Assembly: GCA_013265495.1 (NCBI GenBank)
Contig: MU061579.1
Span: 730,872 to 794,871 of the forward strand
Reading direction: 5' to 3'
DNA from: Vicugna vicugna
Taxonomy: Eukaryota
Length of the DNA stretch: 64,000 bases
A program made the translations under genes and the position numbers. The stretch's first letter is position 1, and every line of letters starts with the position of its first letter. Positions 62,970 through 64,000 of this stretch are shown in pieces. The notes beneath the pieces are model-generated. The model worked only from the letters and a program-made list of their open reading frames with translations. It searched no databases and was not told the DNA's origin.

Positions 62970-63471
62970 ATATAGTTTTAATTTGCATTTCCCTGATAAT
63001 TAGTGATATTGAGCATTTTTTCACATGCTTATTGGTCATTTGTATGTCTTCATTGGCGAACTGCTTGTTTAGGTCTTCTGCCCATTTTTGTATTGGGTTG
63101 CTATTTCTTATTAAGTTGTATGAGCTGTTTATACATTCTGGAAATTAAACCTTTGTCAATAATATCATTTGCAAATATTTTCTCCCATTCTGTAGGTAGT
63201 CATTTTGTTTTGCTTCTGGTTTCTTTTGCTGTGCAAAAGTTTATAAACTTACTTAGGTCCCATTTTTTTATTTTTGCTTTTATTTCTATTGTGTAGGTAG
63301 ACTGCCCTAGGAGAACAGTGCTAAGATTCATGCCAGAAAGTATTTTGCATATGTTTTCTTCTGGGAGGTTTATAGTGTCTTGTTATGTTTAAGTCTTTAA
63401 CCATTTTGAGATCATTTTTGTGTAAGATGTGAGGGAGTGTTTTAACTTCACTGATTTACATGCAGCTGTCC
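62970..63471 (-). mobile_element. Inverted 5' segment of a younger L1 (ORF2)
   Basis: agttttaatttgcatttccctgataattagtgatattgagcatttttt...gatttacatgcagctgtcc is antisense L1 ORF2. Confidence 0.95.
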
Positions 63472-64000
63472 ATCAAAACTACAATGAGGTATCACCTCAC
63501 ACCAGTCAGAATAGCCATCATTAAAAATTCCACAAGTGATAATTGCTGGAGAGGGCACGGAGAAAAGGGAACTCTTGTATACTTTTGGTGGGAATGCAGT
63601 TTGATGCAGCCATTATGGAAAACAATATGGAGAGTCCTCAAAAAGCTAAAGAAAGACTTTCCATGATTCAGCAATCCCACTCCTGGGCATATATACAGAG
63701 GGAAATCTAATTTGAAAAGATACATGCATTCCAATGTTCATAACAGCATTATACACAATAGCCAAGACATGAAAACAACATAAATGTCCATCAACAGATG
63801 ACTGGATAAAGAAGTTGTGGTATATTTATTCAATGAAATACTCCTCAGCCATAAAAAGAATAAAATAATGCCATTTAAACAAAGATAAATGTCATTCTAA
63901 GTGAAGTAAGCCAGAAATAAAAAGAAAAATACCACATGATATCACTCATATGTGGAATATAAAAAAAGACACTAATGAACTTATCTACAAAACAGAAACA
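63472..64000 (+). mobile_element. L1 ORF2 C-terminus and 3' UTR, running off the window end
   Basis: [21 protein letters not shown]...[11 protein letters not shown]...[22 protein letters not shown] is the L1 ORF2 Cys-rich domain, followed by 3' UTR. Confidence 0.95.

Overview
This window is AT-rich, CpG-depleted placental-mammal genomic DNA, not microbial. Two tRNA-derived SINEs resembling the camelid Vic-1 family suggest a camel, alpaca or llama origin. I found no supportable protein-coding gene, RNA gene or CRISPR array. The ORF track is random ORFs plus broken LINE-1 ORF2 pieces, so this is probably a large intron or intergenic region. Much of it is transposon fossils: L1, L2, MIR, MaLR/ERV LTRs, Tigger and hAT elements. 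Family names come from my recall of consensus sequences, not a search, and boundaries are approximate. I see no evidence of a new biological system. The best-supported unusual structures are two adjacent near-perfect tandem duplications (49.7-50.8 kb), two L1s with twin-priming 5' inversions, an L1 whose 5' end is fused directly to its 3' portion, and a nested-insertion series inside one L2.
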